In this document: one piece after another, positions 49,021-58,611 of the stretch
Layout of the letters: the number at the start of each line of letters is the position of its first letter
How positions within the stretch are numbered: the first letter of the stretch is position 1
Assembly (NCBI GenBank): GCA_038150265.1
Contig: JAYOTF010000013.1
Coordinates: 1-64,000, forward strand
DNA: 64,000 nucleotides
Source of the DNA: Deltaproteobacteria bacterium
GTDB lineage: Bacteria > SAR324 > NAC60-12
Reading direction: 5' to 3'
Notes under the pieces: generated by a model
The model's input: only the letters and a program-made list of their open reading frames with translations
What the model was told of the DNA's origin: nothing
Database searches by the model: none
Made by a program: the position numbers and the translations under genes

Positions 49021-50244
49021 TTAGGCGCCAGCGCCAGATGCGGCGGCTGGTCGGGCACGAAGGGTCCAGATCAGAGCCATCACCTGAGCCACGAGCAGTC
49101 CCCCCAGCGCGGCCTGATAGCCAGCTGGGTCATAATGTCCGGAGGCATCCACCGGCCACAGGTCGATCAACGCGCCAATTCCCCACTGGACCACAAAGGC
49201 TCCTACAAAAACCAGCAGGTTCAGCAGCGTGTTCACACGTCCGGCAAGGTGCCGGGGGAACTGCTGGGAGAGCGCTGCATAAGGAAGGATGCCGGAGGTG
49301 GCAAAGAAGCTGAACCCCAGCAGCAGGACGAAGGGCGCTGCCGTCCACTCCAGGACCATCAGCAGCTGAAAGCCCATGAAGATGATCATGGCAATCAGGG
49401 CAATTTTCAGCGGAGGGAGCCCCAGGGTTCGGGAAATCCGGGCGGTCAGGGAACCCAGCCCCATGAAGCCGGCAATCATGGCCAGCGTCATCCAGAAGAG
49501 CATCGACGCGGCCTGATCGGCCTCGAAGCCCAGCACGTCCCGCATCCACGGCTTCACCCACAGCCCCTGAATCGCCAACTGGGCCGCCTGCGACAGCATG
49601 GTCAGGGGGGCAATCCCCCAGAAGAGCGGGCTCCGCACCACGCTGAGGAGGCCCTGCCGCTGCTGCTCAAGGCTTTCGGGCTCGCCTTCCAGCGGACGTT
49701 CCGGATGGACGAGCCAGAGGAAGGCGGAGGCGACGAGGGTGGCCCCAGCGAGTCCCCAAAAAATACCGCGCCAGCTGGTGAAGTTCAGGGCCCACTGCAA
49801 AGGGGCCGTGGCGCTCAGGGCCCCAATGCCTCCGGCAACCATCTGCAGTCCGTTGATCAGCGGAAGCCGCTCTGGCGGAAACCACATCACGTACGCCTTG
49901 AACGCGGCCATCAGGCAGGCCGACACCCCAAAGCCGATCAGCAGCCGCCCGACGATCAGTCCGGAGAGGCTGTCGGCAGTGGCAAAGACCATGGCGCCTG
50001 CGGCAGCAAAGACCAGCAGCGTTCCTTCTGTCTTCCGGGTGCCAAAGCGATCAAGCAGCAGGCCCAGCGGCAGCTGAAAGGCGGCAAACGAGATGAAGTA
50101 GGCGCTGGTCAGCAGCCCCAGACTGGAGGCACTGAGGGCCAACTCGTCCACCAGGTCGGCTTCAATGATGGCATTCGCATTCCGGAAGAAGTAAGAGAGG
50201 GCATACCCCAGGGCAAGGGGCAGGTAAACCCTGAGAAACAGCAT
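49021..50244 (-). CDS. MFS transporter
   Basis: GLLLDRFG, GRLLIGFG; about 12 TM segments. Confidence 0.9.
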   Translation of the reverse strand: MLFLRVYLPLALGYALSYFFRNANAIIEADLVDELALSASSLGLLTSAYFISFAAFQLPLGLLLDRFGTRKTEGTLLVFAAAGAMVFATADSLSGLIVGRLLIGFGVSACLMAAFKAYVMWFPPERLPLINGLQMVAGGIGALSATAPLQWALNFTSWRGIFWGLAGATLVASAFLWLVHPERPLEGEPESLEQQRQGLLSVVRSPLFWGIAPLTMLSQAAQLAIQGLWVKPWMRDVLGFEADQAASMLFWMTLAMIAGFMGLGSLTARISRTLGLPPLKIALIAMIIFMGFQLLMVLEWTAAPFVLLLGFSFFATSGILPYAALSQQFPRHLAGRVNTLLNLLVFVGAFVVQWGIGALIDLWPVDASGHYDPAGYQAALGGLLVAQVMALIWTLRARPAAASGAGA

Positions 50245-50255
50245 GAGGGAGGCTC

Positions 50256-50915
50256 CTAGAATTCGATCCCGACCCGGGCACGGACTCCCTGGTCAAAGTG
50301 GTGCTTGACCTTGCGCATCTCGGTGACCACATCGGCCCGCGCCAGTACTTCCTCATGCGGGTAGCGCCCGGTGAACACCAGCTCCACCTGCTCCGGACGT
50401 CCGTCGATCACCTTGAGGACCTGCTCCAGGTTGATGAGGCCACGGTGCAAGCAGTAGTTGATTTCATCAACAATCACAAGGTCATGGGCTCCCGAATGGA
50501 CCTGCTCATAGAGGTCTTCCATTTCGGGAACCATCTCGGCCCGCATGGCATCAATGTCCTGCTTGACGTTCTTGCTGACGCACAGCGCCCAGTAGTGCGG
50601 AACGTTCCGGAAGGTGAGGTTGGGGTGAAAGCCGGGCTGGCCACAGAGCTTGAGCTCTCCCGTCTTCCAGCGGGGCTTGAGCATGCGCAGGTAGTACACC
50701 TTCAGGCCGGCTCCCAGGGCCCGGAGCATCAGGCCCAGGGACGCGGTGCTCTTGCCCTTGCCTTCGCCGGTATAGATCTGGAAGGCCCCGTGCTTCATGC
50801 GGGGGCGCTTGGTGACCTGCAGGGGGGCGCGTTCAAAGGATTCAGTCTCTTGCATCGCGTCGGGGTGGTCTTCCAACCCCTGAGAAGTCGTGGTCATGGC
50901 AACGGATTGAGTCAT
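50256..50915 (-). CDS. cobO: Cob(I)yrinate a,c-diamide adenosyltransferase (CobO/BtuR)
   Basis: YTGEGKGKSTA, DLVIVDEI, FTGR, ADVVTEM, KHHFDQGVRARVGIEF; exact start uncertain. Confidence 0.9.
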   Translation of the reverse strand: MTQSVAMTTTSQGLEDHPDAMQETESFERAPLQVTKRPRMKHGAFQIYTGEGKGKSTASLGLMLRALGAGLKVYYLRMLKPRWKTGELKLCGQPGFHPNLTFRNVPHYWALCVSKNVKQDIDAMRAEMVPEMEDLYEQVHSGAHDLVIVDEINYCLHRGLINLEQVLKVIDGRPEQVELVFTGRYPHEEVLARADVVTEMRKVKHHFDQGVRARVGIEF

Positions 50916-51056
50916 GTCAGGTGAGGATCACCCAGGACTGCGGGGTGGTCCACTTCCCTGGTCAGGAGGGGGCAATCATTGTTAGGCTCAGAGCATAGCA
51001 CAAGCAAAGTTGTCCGGAAATTGCTTTCTCCTCCTTAACCCAATTCAGGAGTCGAC

Positions 51057-51887
51057 ATGAAAGAGGATTTGCAAAGTTTTGGGGTCGCGCTCGGAGGCGG
51101 GGCCTTTCGAGGAGCGGCTCACCTGGGCGTGCTCAAGGCCCTCGAGGAAGAGGGCCTCAAGCCGGGCTTCCTTGCGGGAACCAGTGCGGGCGCCATGGTC
51201 GCCGCCTTCTACGCCTTCGGAGTCTCTCCGGAAGAGATCCGCCAGCTGGCCCGGGAGCTGAAGTGGCTCCGGGTGTCGAGCTTTACGCTCTCGAAGATGG
51301 GGCTGCTGTCGAACGCCGAGATTGGGCGCTTCATGGAGCAGCACCTGGGGAACGTCCTGCTGGAAGATGCCCCCATTCCGCTGGCCGTGGTGGCCACCAA
51401 CATCCAGACGGGAGAAAAGGTGGTCATCAAGAGCGGACCCGTGTCTCATGCCGTGATGGCCAGCACCTGCATTCCGGGGCTCTTCACGCCGGTGCAAACG
51501 GAAAGTCAGATGCTTGTGGACGGAATGCTCGTGGAGAATGTGCCCGTTTCGGTGCTCAAGGCCATGGGCGCCCCGCTTTCAGTCGCGGTGCACCTGAGCA
51601 GCGATCACTACCGCAAGCCCCAGAGCCTGGCGGAGGTCCTGCTGAACGCCCTGAGCGTTGCTGTGGACCAGACGACCCAGCGTCAACTGGCGCAGGCGGA
51701 TGTGATTGTGCATCCGAACCTGGACGGATATGGCCTGATGGACCCCGGAAACAGCGTCAAGCTCTATGCCGAAGGCTACCGGGCCGGAGTGCTGGCCGTG
51801 GAGCACATTCGGCAGGAACTGGAAAAACGCGGGCCGTCTTCATTTGAAATCCTGGAGAAGCGCTTCCGCCAGTGGCTTCATTCCTGA
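51057..51887 (+). CDS. Patatin-like phospholipase
   Basis: LGGGAFRG, GTSAG, VDGM. Confidence 0.92.
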   Translation: MKEDLQSFGVALGGGAFRGAAHLGVLKALEEEGLKPGFLAGTSAGAMVAAFYAFGVSPEEIRQLARELKWLRVSSFTLSKMGLLSNAEIGRFMEQHLGNVLLEDAPIPLAVVATNIQTGEKVVIKSGPVSHAVMASTCIPGLFTPVQTESQMLVDGMLVENVPVSVLKAMGAPLSVAVHLSSDHYRKPQSLAEVLLNALSVAVDQTTQRQLAQADVIVHPNLDGYGLMDPGNSVKLYAEGYRAGVLAVEHIRQELEKRGPSSFEILEKRFRQWLHS

Positions 51888-53464
51888 GCGCGGCGCCGGT
51901 TCCGGAGGCGGCTCAAGAGCTGCAGCAGCTGCGGATCTCGGAGCGCCAGTAGCAGGAGCGCGTAGAGGAGCCCTCCTCCTGCAAGGAGCCCAAGGAACCA
52001 CCCCCAGTTGAGCCATGCCCCCGGACCCGCAGACCAGTCATGCTGAGCGCCGGCGTAAACCACGGCGCCCATGAGCCCGGAAGCCAGCCCATAACGCAGG
52101 CCTGCTCCCCCGGCGCCCCTTCCGGGCAGGCGTCGGTGCAGCAGCGTTTGCAGAACCAGCCACTGAAAGGTGGTTCCGGCCGATAGTCCCAGCGCCAGAC
52201 CGGTCACGTTCAGAGACTGGCTCCACCACCACCCCAATCCCCCCGTTACCCCAATGCTGAGGAAGGACACCCGCACCGGCGTCCGGGCGTCTTTCAGGGC
52301 GTAAAAGGCCGATGTCTGCAGGCGGATCAGGGCGACGGCCGGAAGGCTGAGGGCAAAGGCCTGCAGCGCCTGCGCGGTCTGCTGCACGTCGTTCCACCCG
52401 TAGGCGCCATGCAGGTAGAGCATTGCGGTGATGGGCTCTGCGGCTGCCAGCAGTCCCGCTGCTGCAGGGAACACCACCAGCAGGGTGGAGGCGGTGCTGA
52501 AGCGGAGGATCGCCACGGCGTCGTCCCAGCGTTCCTGGGCCACCCGCTTGCTGAATTCCGGAAAGCTGGCGTTGGTGATGGCAAAGGCAAACACACCGAG
52601 GGTCAGCTCGGTGAGGCGGCTGGCGTTGTAGTAGTGGGTGACCTGACCTTCCGGAAGGAAGCTGGCGAGGTTCCGGAGGACAATCAGGTTGAGCTGGTAG
52701 GCCGCGACTCCGAAGAGAGACGGGCCCAGCAGCCGCAACAGCTTCCGGATGTCTGGAGCCCAGCCCTGCTGTGGCTGCCAGAAGCGCTGGGGCCGGAAGG
52801 CCTGCCCACACTGCCGCAAAGACGGAATCTGCAACAGCACCTGCATCCCGCCTCCCAGCAGCACGCCCCAGGCCACCGTTTCAATGGGGTGGTCGCTCCA
52901 CCAGGTTCCCGTCAGAGCGGCTGCAATGATGCCGAGGTTCAGCAGCACGGGCGCTGCGGCAGGGGCCGCGAAACGCCGCTCCGCGTTCAGGACACCCATT
53001 GCCCAGGCCACGATGGACACCAGCAGCAGGTAGGGGAACATCCAGCGTGTCAGGTCCACCGTCAGGGCAAACTGCTCCGGACGGTCGGCAAACCCGGCGG
53101 AAAAGAGCCAGACCAGCTGGGGACTGAAGAGGATGCCTGCAGCCACCAGGAGGCTGGTGACGGCCAGCACAAGCGCCAGGCCCTGGGCCGCAAATTGACG
53201 GGCGGCTTCCACGCCTCGCTGCTCCCGGACCTCGGTGTAGATCGGCACAAACGCGAGGTTCATCGAGCCCTCTGCGGTCAGGCGCCGGAAGATGTTGGGA
53301 ATCGTGAAGGCCTGAATGAAGGCGTCAAGGGTTCCGGACGCGCCAAAGAGGTGGGAGAGCGTCAGGTCCCGAACCGCTCCCAGGAGGCGGGAGAGCAGGG
53401 TGAAGCCCGCAATGATCCCGGAGCCTCTGAGGATGCTCCGGGAGGACGACGTGGAGGCAGACAC
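51878..53464 (-). CDS. murJ: Lipid II flippase MurJ
   Basis: TLLSRLLG, FTIPNIFRRLTAEG, AFVP, FYALKDARTPV. Confidence 0.94.
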   Translation of the reverse strand: MSASTSSSRSILRGSGIIAGFTLLSRLLGAVRDLTLSHLFGASGTLDAFIQAFTIPNIFRRLTAEGSMNLAFVPIYTEVREQRGVEAARQFAAQGLALVLAVTSLLVAAGILFSPQLVWLFSAGFADRPEQFALTVDLTRWMFPYLLLVSIVAWAMGVLNAERRFAAPAAAPVLLNLGIIAAALTGTWWSDHPIETVAWGVLLGGGMQVLLQIPSLRQCGQAFRPQRFWQPQQGWAPDIRKLLRLLGPSLFGVAAYQLNLIVLRNLASFLPEGQVTHYYNASRLTELTLGVFAFAITNASFPEFSKRVAQERWDDAVAILRFSTASTLLVVFPAAAGLLAAAEPITAMLYLHGAYGWNDVQQTAQALQAFALSLPAVALIRLQTSAFYALKDARTPVRVSFLSIGVTGGLGWWWSQSLNVTGLALGLSAGTTFQWLVLQTLLHRRLPGRGAGGAGLRYGLASGLMGAVVYAGAQHDWSAGPGAWLNWGWFLGLLAGGGLLYALLLLALRDPQLLQLLSRLRNRRRAQE

Positions 53465-53980
53465 TTAGGGGCGGGGCAGAAAACGGTAGTTCTTGGGCGC
53501 ATAGGGCGAGACGTCCTTGCGCTCCTGCCACAGGGTCTTGGCGTCATTGAGGCGCCGGTAGGCCAGGGGGTCGTTGGGCGACAGGTTCTCCAACGCCTTC
53601 TTGCGGGCCGCTGTGGTTTGCAGGCCCTGATAGTTCAGAGGCGTGTTCAGCGGAGGCGGATTGCGGTGGTACTCCTGAAGCTCTTCCACCGTGGTCCGGA
53701 GCCGGCGGTAGTTCAGCGAGCGGTTGGGGGATTCCACCGGAGGCGGATTCTTGGCTTCTCCCACGTGTTCCCGCAGCCCTCGGTAGTCCAGTGGCGGGTT
53801 CGGACTGTTGGCCGCCGTGGGGCGGAAGCGGGACTGCTGCTTGGCAACGCTCAGGATCGAGCGGGCCATGGAACCATTATCGGGAACGCGAGCAGGCTGG
53901 GTGGACTGGCTTTGGGCCAGGAGGACCACCCCTCCGGTCATCATGCCCAACAGGCTTCCCCAGATTTTCCATCGTGTCAT
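53465..53980 (-). CDS. Secreted hypothetical protein with PLxYxxL repeats
   Basis: Signal-like N-terminus from ATG 53980; stop abuts the murJ start; 4-5 degenerate repeats. Confidence 0.75.
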   Translation of the reverse strand: MTRWKIWGSLLGMMTGGVVLLAQSQSTQPARVPDNGSMARSILSVAKQQSRFRPTAANSPNPPLDYRGLREHVGEAKNPPPVESPNRSLNYRRLRTTVEELQEYHRNPPPLNTPLNYQGLQTTAARKKALENLSPNDPLAYRRLNDAKTLWQERKDVSPYAPKNYRFLPRP

Positions 53981-54079
53981 GATTGCGTGAAATGCGTGTG
54001 TTGGAAGGATGCCTCGCATCCGGATGCTTAACCTCATGCAACCTTCGGCCCCGATTGGCGCATTCGGCCTCCGGAAGCG

Positions 54080-54868
54080 TCAGAACCCGCTACAGAATGG
54101 GCTCAGCTCGCTCCGGGCGGCGCAAAGGGCCTCGGCACACCGAGCCAGCTCCACGGGCACACGTCCGGACAGGTTCTGGCGAGCAGCACTGGCGCACCGG
54201 ACCGTCCGGGCGGCTTCATCCGACACGCGTCCTGATCCGGCAGCACAGACCTCGCCAACGGCTTTCAGCTCCGACCACTCCGGAAGCGACTGCAACTCGC
54301 GCAAAACGGGTTCCCGAACCCTCCGGAGGACCCGAACCTGCTGGCGTGGATCGGTCAGCTCCGCACACGTCGGGGCACGTTTCACAACCTCGGAGGAGCG
54401 CGACGGCTGGGGGTTCCAGAGCTGCCAGAGCGCCACCATCAGGGCGAGGCCAATGAGGATGAACAGGACCGCCAGCAGGCCGGCCCAGGGAAAGCGTCGG
54501 CGCGGCTTGCCCCGGTCTCGGAAGTGCAGCTGAAACAGCTGAACCTTGCCCTGCGAGGACTCTTCGTTGAGGCCGGGCGTTTTGCCAAAGTTGAGGACGG
54601 TGCCCACCAGCTCCACCCGTTCCACCTCCGGAGCGTCCATGGCCTGGGCCACATCGGAGATGGCGATCAGCTTGCGGGTGTACTTGTCCAGAAGGCGCTG
54701 GACCTCCGGGCGTTCCTCCCAGTTGTCGCGGGTGATGTGCGGCGCGGTGATTTTGGCGAAGTCCGCCTTGCTGAAGATCTGAGCCTTGCGTCCGGCCGGA
54801 GGACCGTTGTCGCAGACCCCGATGGGGCGCCATTCGCTGAAGGGGATCTTGTCGTCCGGTGCCGGCAT
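54080..54868 (-). CDS. Single-pass membrane hypothetical protein with Cys-containing C-terminal domain
   Basis: Starts 3 nt after the exbD stop; central TM (WAGLLAVLFILIGLALMVALW); six Cys after the TM. Confidence 0.75.
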   Translation of the reverse strand: MPAPDDKIPFSEWRPIGVCDNGPPAGRKAQIFSKADFAKITAPHITRDNWEERPEVQRLLDKYTRKLIAISDVAQAMDAPEVERVELVGTVLNFGKTPGLNEESSQGKVQLFQLHFRDRGKPRRRFPWAGLLAVLFILIGLALMVALWQLWNPQPSRSSEVVKRAPTCAELTDPRQQVRVLRRVREPVLRELQSLPEWSELKAVGEVCAAGSGRVSDEAARTVRCASAARQNLSGRVPVELARCAEALCAARSELSPFCSGF

Positions 54869-54871
54869 GGC

Positions 54872-55270
54872 TTATTTCGGAGACACGCCAAAGGACACCT
54901 TCTGGAACCCGGCTTCCTGGGCAATGTCCATGAGCTCCACCACGCGTCCATGAGGAACCCGGCGGTCGATCTTCAGGGTCAGGGGGCGGTCGCCTCCGCT
55001 GGCGTGAAGGGTACGCAGGGCGCCAGGCAGCTGTTCGGGCGCAAGAGCGGTGTTGTCGAGCAGCATCTTCCCGTCGGCATTCATTTCCAGCACCAGCTCC
55101 ACCAGAACCTCTGACTGCCCCTGAGCGCTTTCCGGAAGCTGCATCCCGACGCCCAGCTCGGAGTCGAGCCGAGAGGAGACGACAAAGAAGATGATGAGCA
55201 GAAAGAGGATGTCGATCAGCGGGGTCAGTGACACGCCCGGGGTCCGCCGTTTCTTCTCAAACAGCTCCAT
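54872..55270 (-). CDS. exbD: ExbD/TolR family protein
   Basis: LTPLIDILFLLIIFFVV, LPES, vicinal VVELMD. Confidence 0.92.
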   Translation of the reverse strand: MELFEKKRRTPGVSLTPLIDILFLLIIFFVVSSRLDSELGVGMQLPESAQGQSEVLVELVLEMNADGKMLLDNTALAPEQLPGALRTLHASGGDRPLTLKIDRRVPHGRVVELMDIAQEAGFQKVSFGVSPK

Positions 55271-55920
55271 CAGCGCTTCTCCGGAGTCTTGGGCAGCAGC
55301 TTGCTGACCACGTAAAGCACCTCCTCTTCAATCCGGAGGGTGAGGGAGTCGACCTTGCGTCCGAGCAGGGTGAAGGCCATCAGGGCCGGAATGCTGACCC
55401 CAAGGCCAAAGACGGTGGTGACGAGGGCTTCGGCGATGCCACGGCTGAGGATTTCGTTACGGTCCGGACCCTCGAGGGACAGGTTTTCGAAGACGCTGAT
55501 CATGCCAATGGCGGTGCCCAGCAGGCCAAGCAGCGGGGCAACGCCGACAATCAGCTCCAGCACCGCAAATCCACGCTCCAGGGAGTGGCGCTCGCGTCGC
55601 GCCTGGTCGGCAAGAGCCTCCCGGAACTGCGAAGGCGTGCACGGCAGCGCCGTGATGGCATGCTGCAGGATGCGTCCAACCGGATGATCGGTGGCGGGCT
55701 GGAGCTTGGAGGGACGTCCGGGGTAGGTGTCCACGGCCTCCCGGAGGGCGTCCAGGGCGTCTCGGGGCAGCTGCCGCGGCGTCCGGAGGACCCAGAGCCG
55801 CTCCACAATGACCGCGACCGCGAGCAGCGAGCAAAACAGCAAGGGCCAGATCAAGGGGCCTCCTCGGTCCAGCACCAGTGTCAGGTTTGCCGAAAAGAGG
55901 GTCAGAAGGGAGTGTTCCAT
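55270..55920 (-). CDS. exbB: MotA/TolQ/ExbB proton-channel protein
   Basis: APLLGLLGTAIGMI, GIAEALVTTVFGLGVSIPA. Confidence 0.92.
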   Translation of the reverse strand: MEHSLLTLFSANLTLVLDRGGPLIWPLLFCSLLAVAVIVERLWVLRTPRQLPRDALDALREAVDTYPGRPSKLQPATDHPVGRILQHAITALPCTPSQFREALADQARRERHSLERGFAVLELIVGVAPLLGLLGTAIGMISVFENLSLEGPDRNEILSRGIAEALVTTVFGLGVSIPALMAFTLLGRKVDSLTLRIEEEVLYVVSKLLPKTPEKR

Positions 55921-55983
55921 GGGGGAATCCTAGTCAGTCATCAGTAGTAGCGGACACAACCGCCTGAAAAAATCAACCTGGGG

Positions 55984-57276
55984 TCAGCCGTCTCCCAGCA
56001 GCCCGTAGCGCTTCCGGACCTCCCGGAGCAGGTCGGCAAAGCGCTGGTGCGCGGGCTCCACCTGCACCACGCCCTTCATGGCCTTCTGGGCAAAGTTGAG
56101 GAGCGGGACCATCTGTTCGTGTGGAATGGAGGCGACGCGACGCTGCTTGTGGGTAAACAGCGCAACCTGGGCAAATTCCATCAGGATCGGGACATCCGAC
56201 TGGCTGGGCTGGCGGAGGGTGGTTCGCTTCACCGAGCGGTAGTAGGCTTCAATCACCCGGAGCAGCGTGGGACGCACCGCCTCGTCAACGGTGGTGTCGC
56301 CGCAGCGCAGACGGAGCAGGAGCATCCGGAGTGCTTCCAGCCGGGTGCGGCCTTCCATGAGGAACGGGATCGGGTTTTTGGGCTCAATCGCCTGCATCCG
56401 TTCGGCGACCCGCAGGGCGAGGGCGTGGAGCGGGTAGACCTCCTTGATGACCTCCAGCACCGCCACCACCTTCCGGCTCAGCAGCGCCTTCTTGTCGGGG
56501 ATGATCCGCGAGGAATGAATGTCTCCGAGAAACTGCCGGGCCTCGGAAGGCTTGGGGTCGTACTGGTTGAGCATCGACAGGTCGAGCGGGATGGAGAACG
56601 ACGCCTGGAGGTTCTTCATCAGGTTCCGCGAGAGGTCCATGAGCCGGACCGCACACTCGACTTCCCGGACCAGATTGGCCTCGGGGGTGCCTTCTGCCCC
56701 CTGGGTGCTCTTCATCAGGTCCTGCATGGAGATCATGTCCACGTTCACGCCCTTGAGCTGGCTGGAGCGGACGGTGAGGATCTTCTTCTTTCCGAAGGTG
56801 TAGACCATCTTCAGGTAGAGCCGGTACGCCTGCACGGCCACCTGCAGGTGCTTGGGGGTGATGTGTCCGATGTAAAGCGGCAGGCAGGCCTGAATGAGGA
56901 GGTTCCGGTAGTCCTGAAAGGTTCCCTTGTGCCGAGACGAAAGGGCCGTCAGCACCAGCTTGAGGCGCGGCTCGGTAAAGGCCGGGTCGTCTTCGAGCTG
57001 CCGGACCCAGCTTTCCGACTCCCGGGAGCCGGCTTGAAAGGGCAGCAGGTCCCGGCCGTTGAGGTGCGCAACGGTGACCTCAGCGAGCACCTCCTCTTCG
57101 CCAAAGAGGCCCCTGAGGCGGTCCACCACAGAGCGCTGGTGAAGGCGCTGGATGTCAGAGGTGATCTGGATCAGATCCGCCTGAATGGGGCCGAACTCAA
57201 GGTGCGGCATGCCCAGAGCCGGCGGTTTCCGCGACGAGGCCGCGGGAGCAGTCGGAGAGTCAGAAGCCACGGGCAT
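55984..57276 (-). CDS. Hypothetical alpha-helical cytoplasmic protein (~430 aa)
   Basis: Long ORF with coding-like codon use; ATG 57276 lies 4 nt after the upstream stop; no recognisable family. Confidence 0.75.
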   Translation of the reverse strand: MPVASDSPTAPAASSRKPPALGMPHLEFGPIQADLIQITSDIQRLHQRSVVDRLRGLFGEEEVLAEVTVAHLNGRDLLPFQAGSRESESWVRQLEDDPAFTEPRLKLVLTALSSRHKGTFQDYRNLLIQACLPLYIGHITPKHLQVAVQAYRLYLKMVYTFGKKKILTVRSSQLKGVNVDMISMQDLMKSTQGAEGTPEANLVREVECAVRLMDLSRNLMKNLQASFSIPLDLSMLNQYDPKPSEARQFLGDIHSSRIIPDKKALLSRKVVAVLEVIKEVYPLHALALRVAERMQAIEPKNPIPFLMEGRTRLEALRMLLLRLRCGDTTVDEAVRPTLLRVIEAYYRSVKRTTLRQPSQSDVPILMEFAQVALFTHKQRRVASIPHEQMVPLLNFAQKAMKGVVQVEPAHQRFADLLREVRKRYGLLGDG

Positions 57277-57280
57277 GGGG

Positions 57281-58201
57281 TTACGGGGCAAAATTCTGGA
57301 CCTGGGCCTGAACGACATAACGCTGGTAACGCGCAATGGCCTCCGGAAGCGGAGCAAAGCGCAGCGTGGCGATGCCATTCAGCACCGCATCATCAAAGTC
57401 TCCCGATCCGCTGGTGACCAGCAGCTCCGGATCGACAGCCGTGCCATCGGGCAGAATCGAGAACTGGATCATCGCGCTCAGGCCAATCGGGTAGACCTGC
57501 AGGTTGAAGGACAGGTTCCGGAGGGCCCGGGCGACTTTGGGGTTGTACTGCTCCTGAGCCACAACATACGGGTCGACTTCGGCATCCAGGGGTTCAGGCT
57601 CCTGAACCATCGGGACCTCTGTGGGAAGGTCGAGGGGCTCCGGGGCCTGCTTCTGCTGAAGCGCCGGAGCCGGCTCGGCTTGTGGAGGCGCGGGCTTCCA
57701 GCGGTCCTGAGGCGGGATGGATCCGAGCAAGGCAAGTGCCACCCGGTCCGTCATCTGCAGGAGTCCGGTGGCCTGACAGGCGTCACAGAAGCTGGTGGCC
57801 GACCGTTCGATGGTGGTGGGCTGCTTCAGGTCCACCTGCTTGAGCATGAGCTGCGAGCTGCTTCCCACCCGGACGAGTTGAGGCAAGAAGATGCTCTCGG
57901 CCTGAAGGCGGTCACGGAGGTCTTCGAGGAAGCGGGACACCTCAAGCAGGCAGCGGCGGTCGGGGCAGGCTTCCGGGTCTGCCGAGTCGTAACCGCGCTC
58001 CTGAATGCGGCGCATCTCCACGGTAGAGAGCAGGGGGCCACGGTCGTTGAGGATCTCGGCCAGGCGGTTGGCAATCAGCTGCTGTTCCGCCTCTGGAACC
58101 TGACCGACCACATGGACGGGACCCAGCGCGTTGGGGGAGGCGGCCAGGCTGAGGCTCCCGATGAGGAGGAAGATGCTGGTAATCAGAACTCGAAATCGCA
58201 T
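57281..58201 (-). CDS. Exported protein with TonB-C-terminal-like domain
   Basis: Signal peptide MRFRVLITSIFLL…; Cys-containing N-domain; Pro-rich linker; C-terminal FSILPDG…SGSGDFDDAVL…FAPLP. Confidence 0.8.
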   Translation of the reverse strand: MRFRVLITSIFLLIGSLSLAASPNALGPVHVVGQVPEAEQQLIANRLAEILNDRGPLLSTVEMRRIQERGYDSADPEACPDRRCLLEVSRFLEDLRDRLQAESIFLPQLVRVGSSSQLMLKQVDLKQPTTIERSATSFCDACQATGLLQMTDRVALALLGSIPPQDRWKPAPPQAEPAPALQQKQAPEPLDLPTEVPMVQEPEPLDAEVDPYVVAQEQYNPKVARALRNLSFNLQVYPIGLSAMIQFSILPDGTAVDPELLVTSGSGDFDDAVLNGIATLRFAPLPEAIARYQRYVVQAQVQNFAP

Positions 58202-58323
58202 GGAAACTCCGGGACATTCTAGTTGAAAACGATGGGCCAATTCGCTATAGTGCGGGTGGTTTTGCCCCAGGCCTGAGGACCAAGCCACCGGGGACTTCAA
58301 CGAACTCTAGCAAATACTGTCCC

Positions 58324-58437
58324 ATGACGGAAACGACCTGGCAATTGATCATCACCATTTTCGCCGGAGTCCTTGGACTTCCCTTTTTGTTGGGCTACCT
58401 GTACTACCTGATGGACCCGAGCCGCAAGAAGAACTAA
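58324..58437 (+). CDS. Unannotated 37-aa single-pass membrane peptide
   Basis: MTETTWQLIITIFAGVLGLPFLLGYLYYLMDPSRKKN*; followed by a hairpin at about 58445-58475; RBS weak. Confidence 0.6.
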   Translation: MTETTWQLIITIFAGVLGLPFLLGYLYYLMDPSRKKN

Positions 58438-58535
58438 CGGTGCCGAGGCCTGGGGGCCTTCGTTTCCTCAGGCCTCCCTCCTCCCCGGATCCTTCCCCTC
58501 CCTCTGCTGCTGCAACGCCCCCTGGCGATTGAGCA

Positions 58536-58563
58536 TTGACATTTCCCCCAAGCATCTTATAGT
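58536..58563 (+). promoter_or_regulatory. sigma70 promoter for ilvC
   Basis: TTGACA-N16-TATAGT, 48 nt upstream of the ilvC ATG. Confidence 0.65.
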
Positions 58564-58611
58564 TCGAAGGTTTGACCTCAGCAGTCCCTCTTACCCCTTT
58601 GGAGCATCCCA

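Noticed and set aside
50916..51056. Cobalamin riboswitch upstream of cobO
   Set aside because: Only a GGGAAG fragment; region too short and lacks the conserved core and B12-box arrangement
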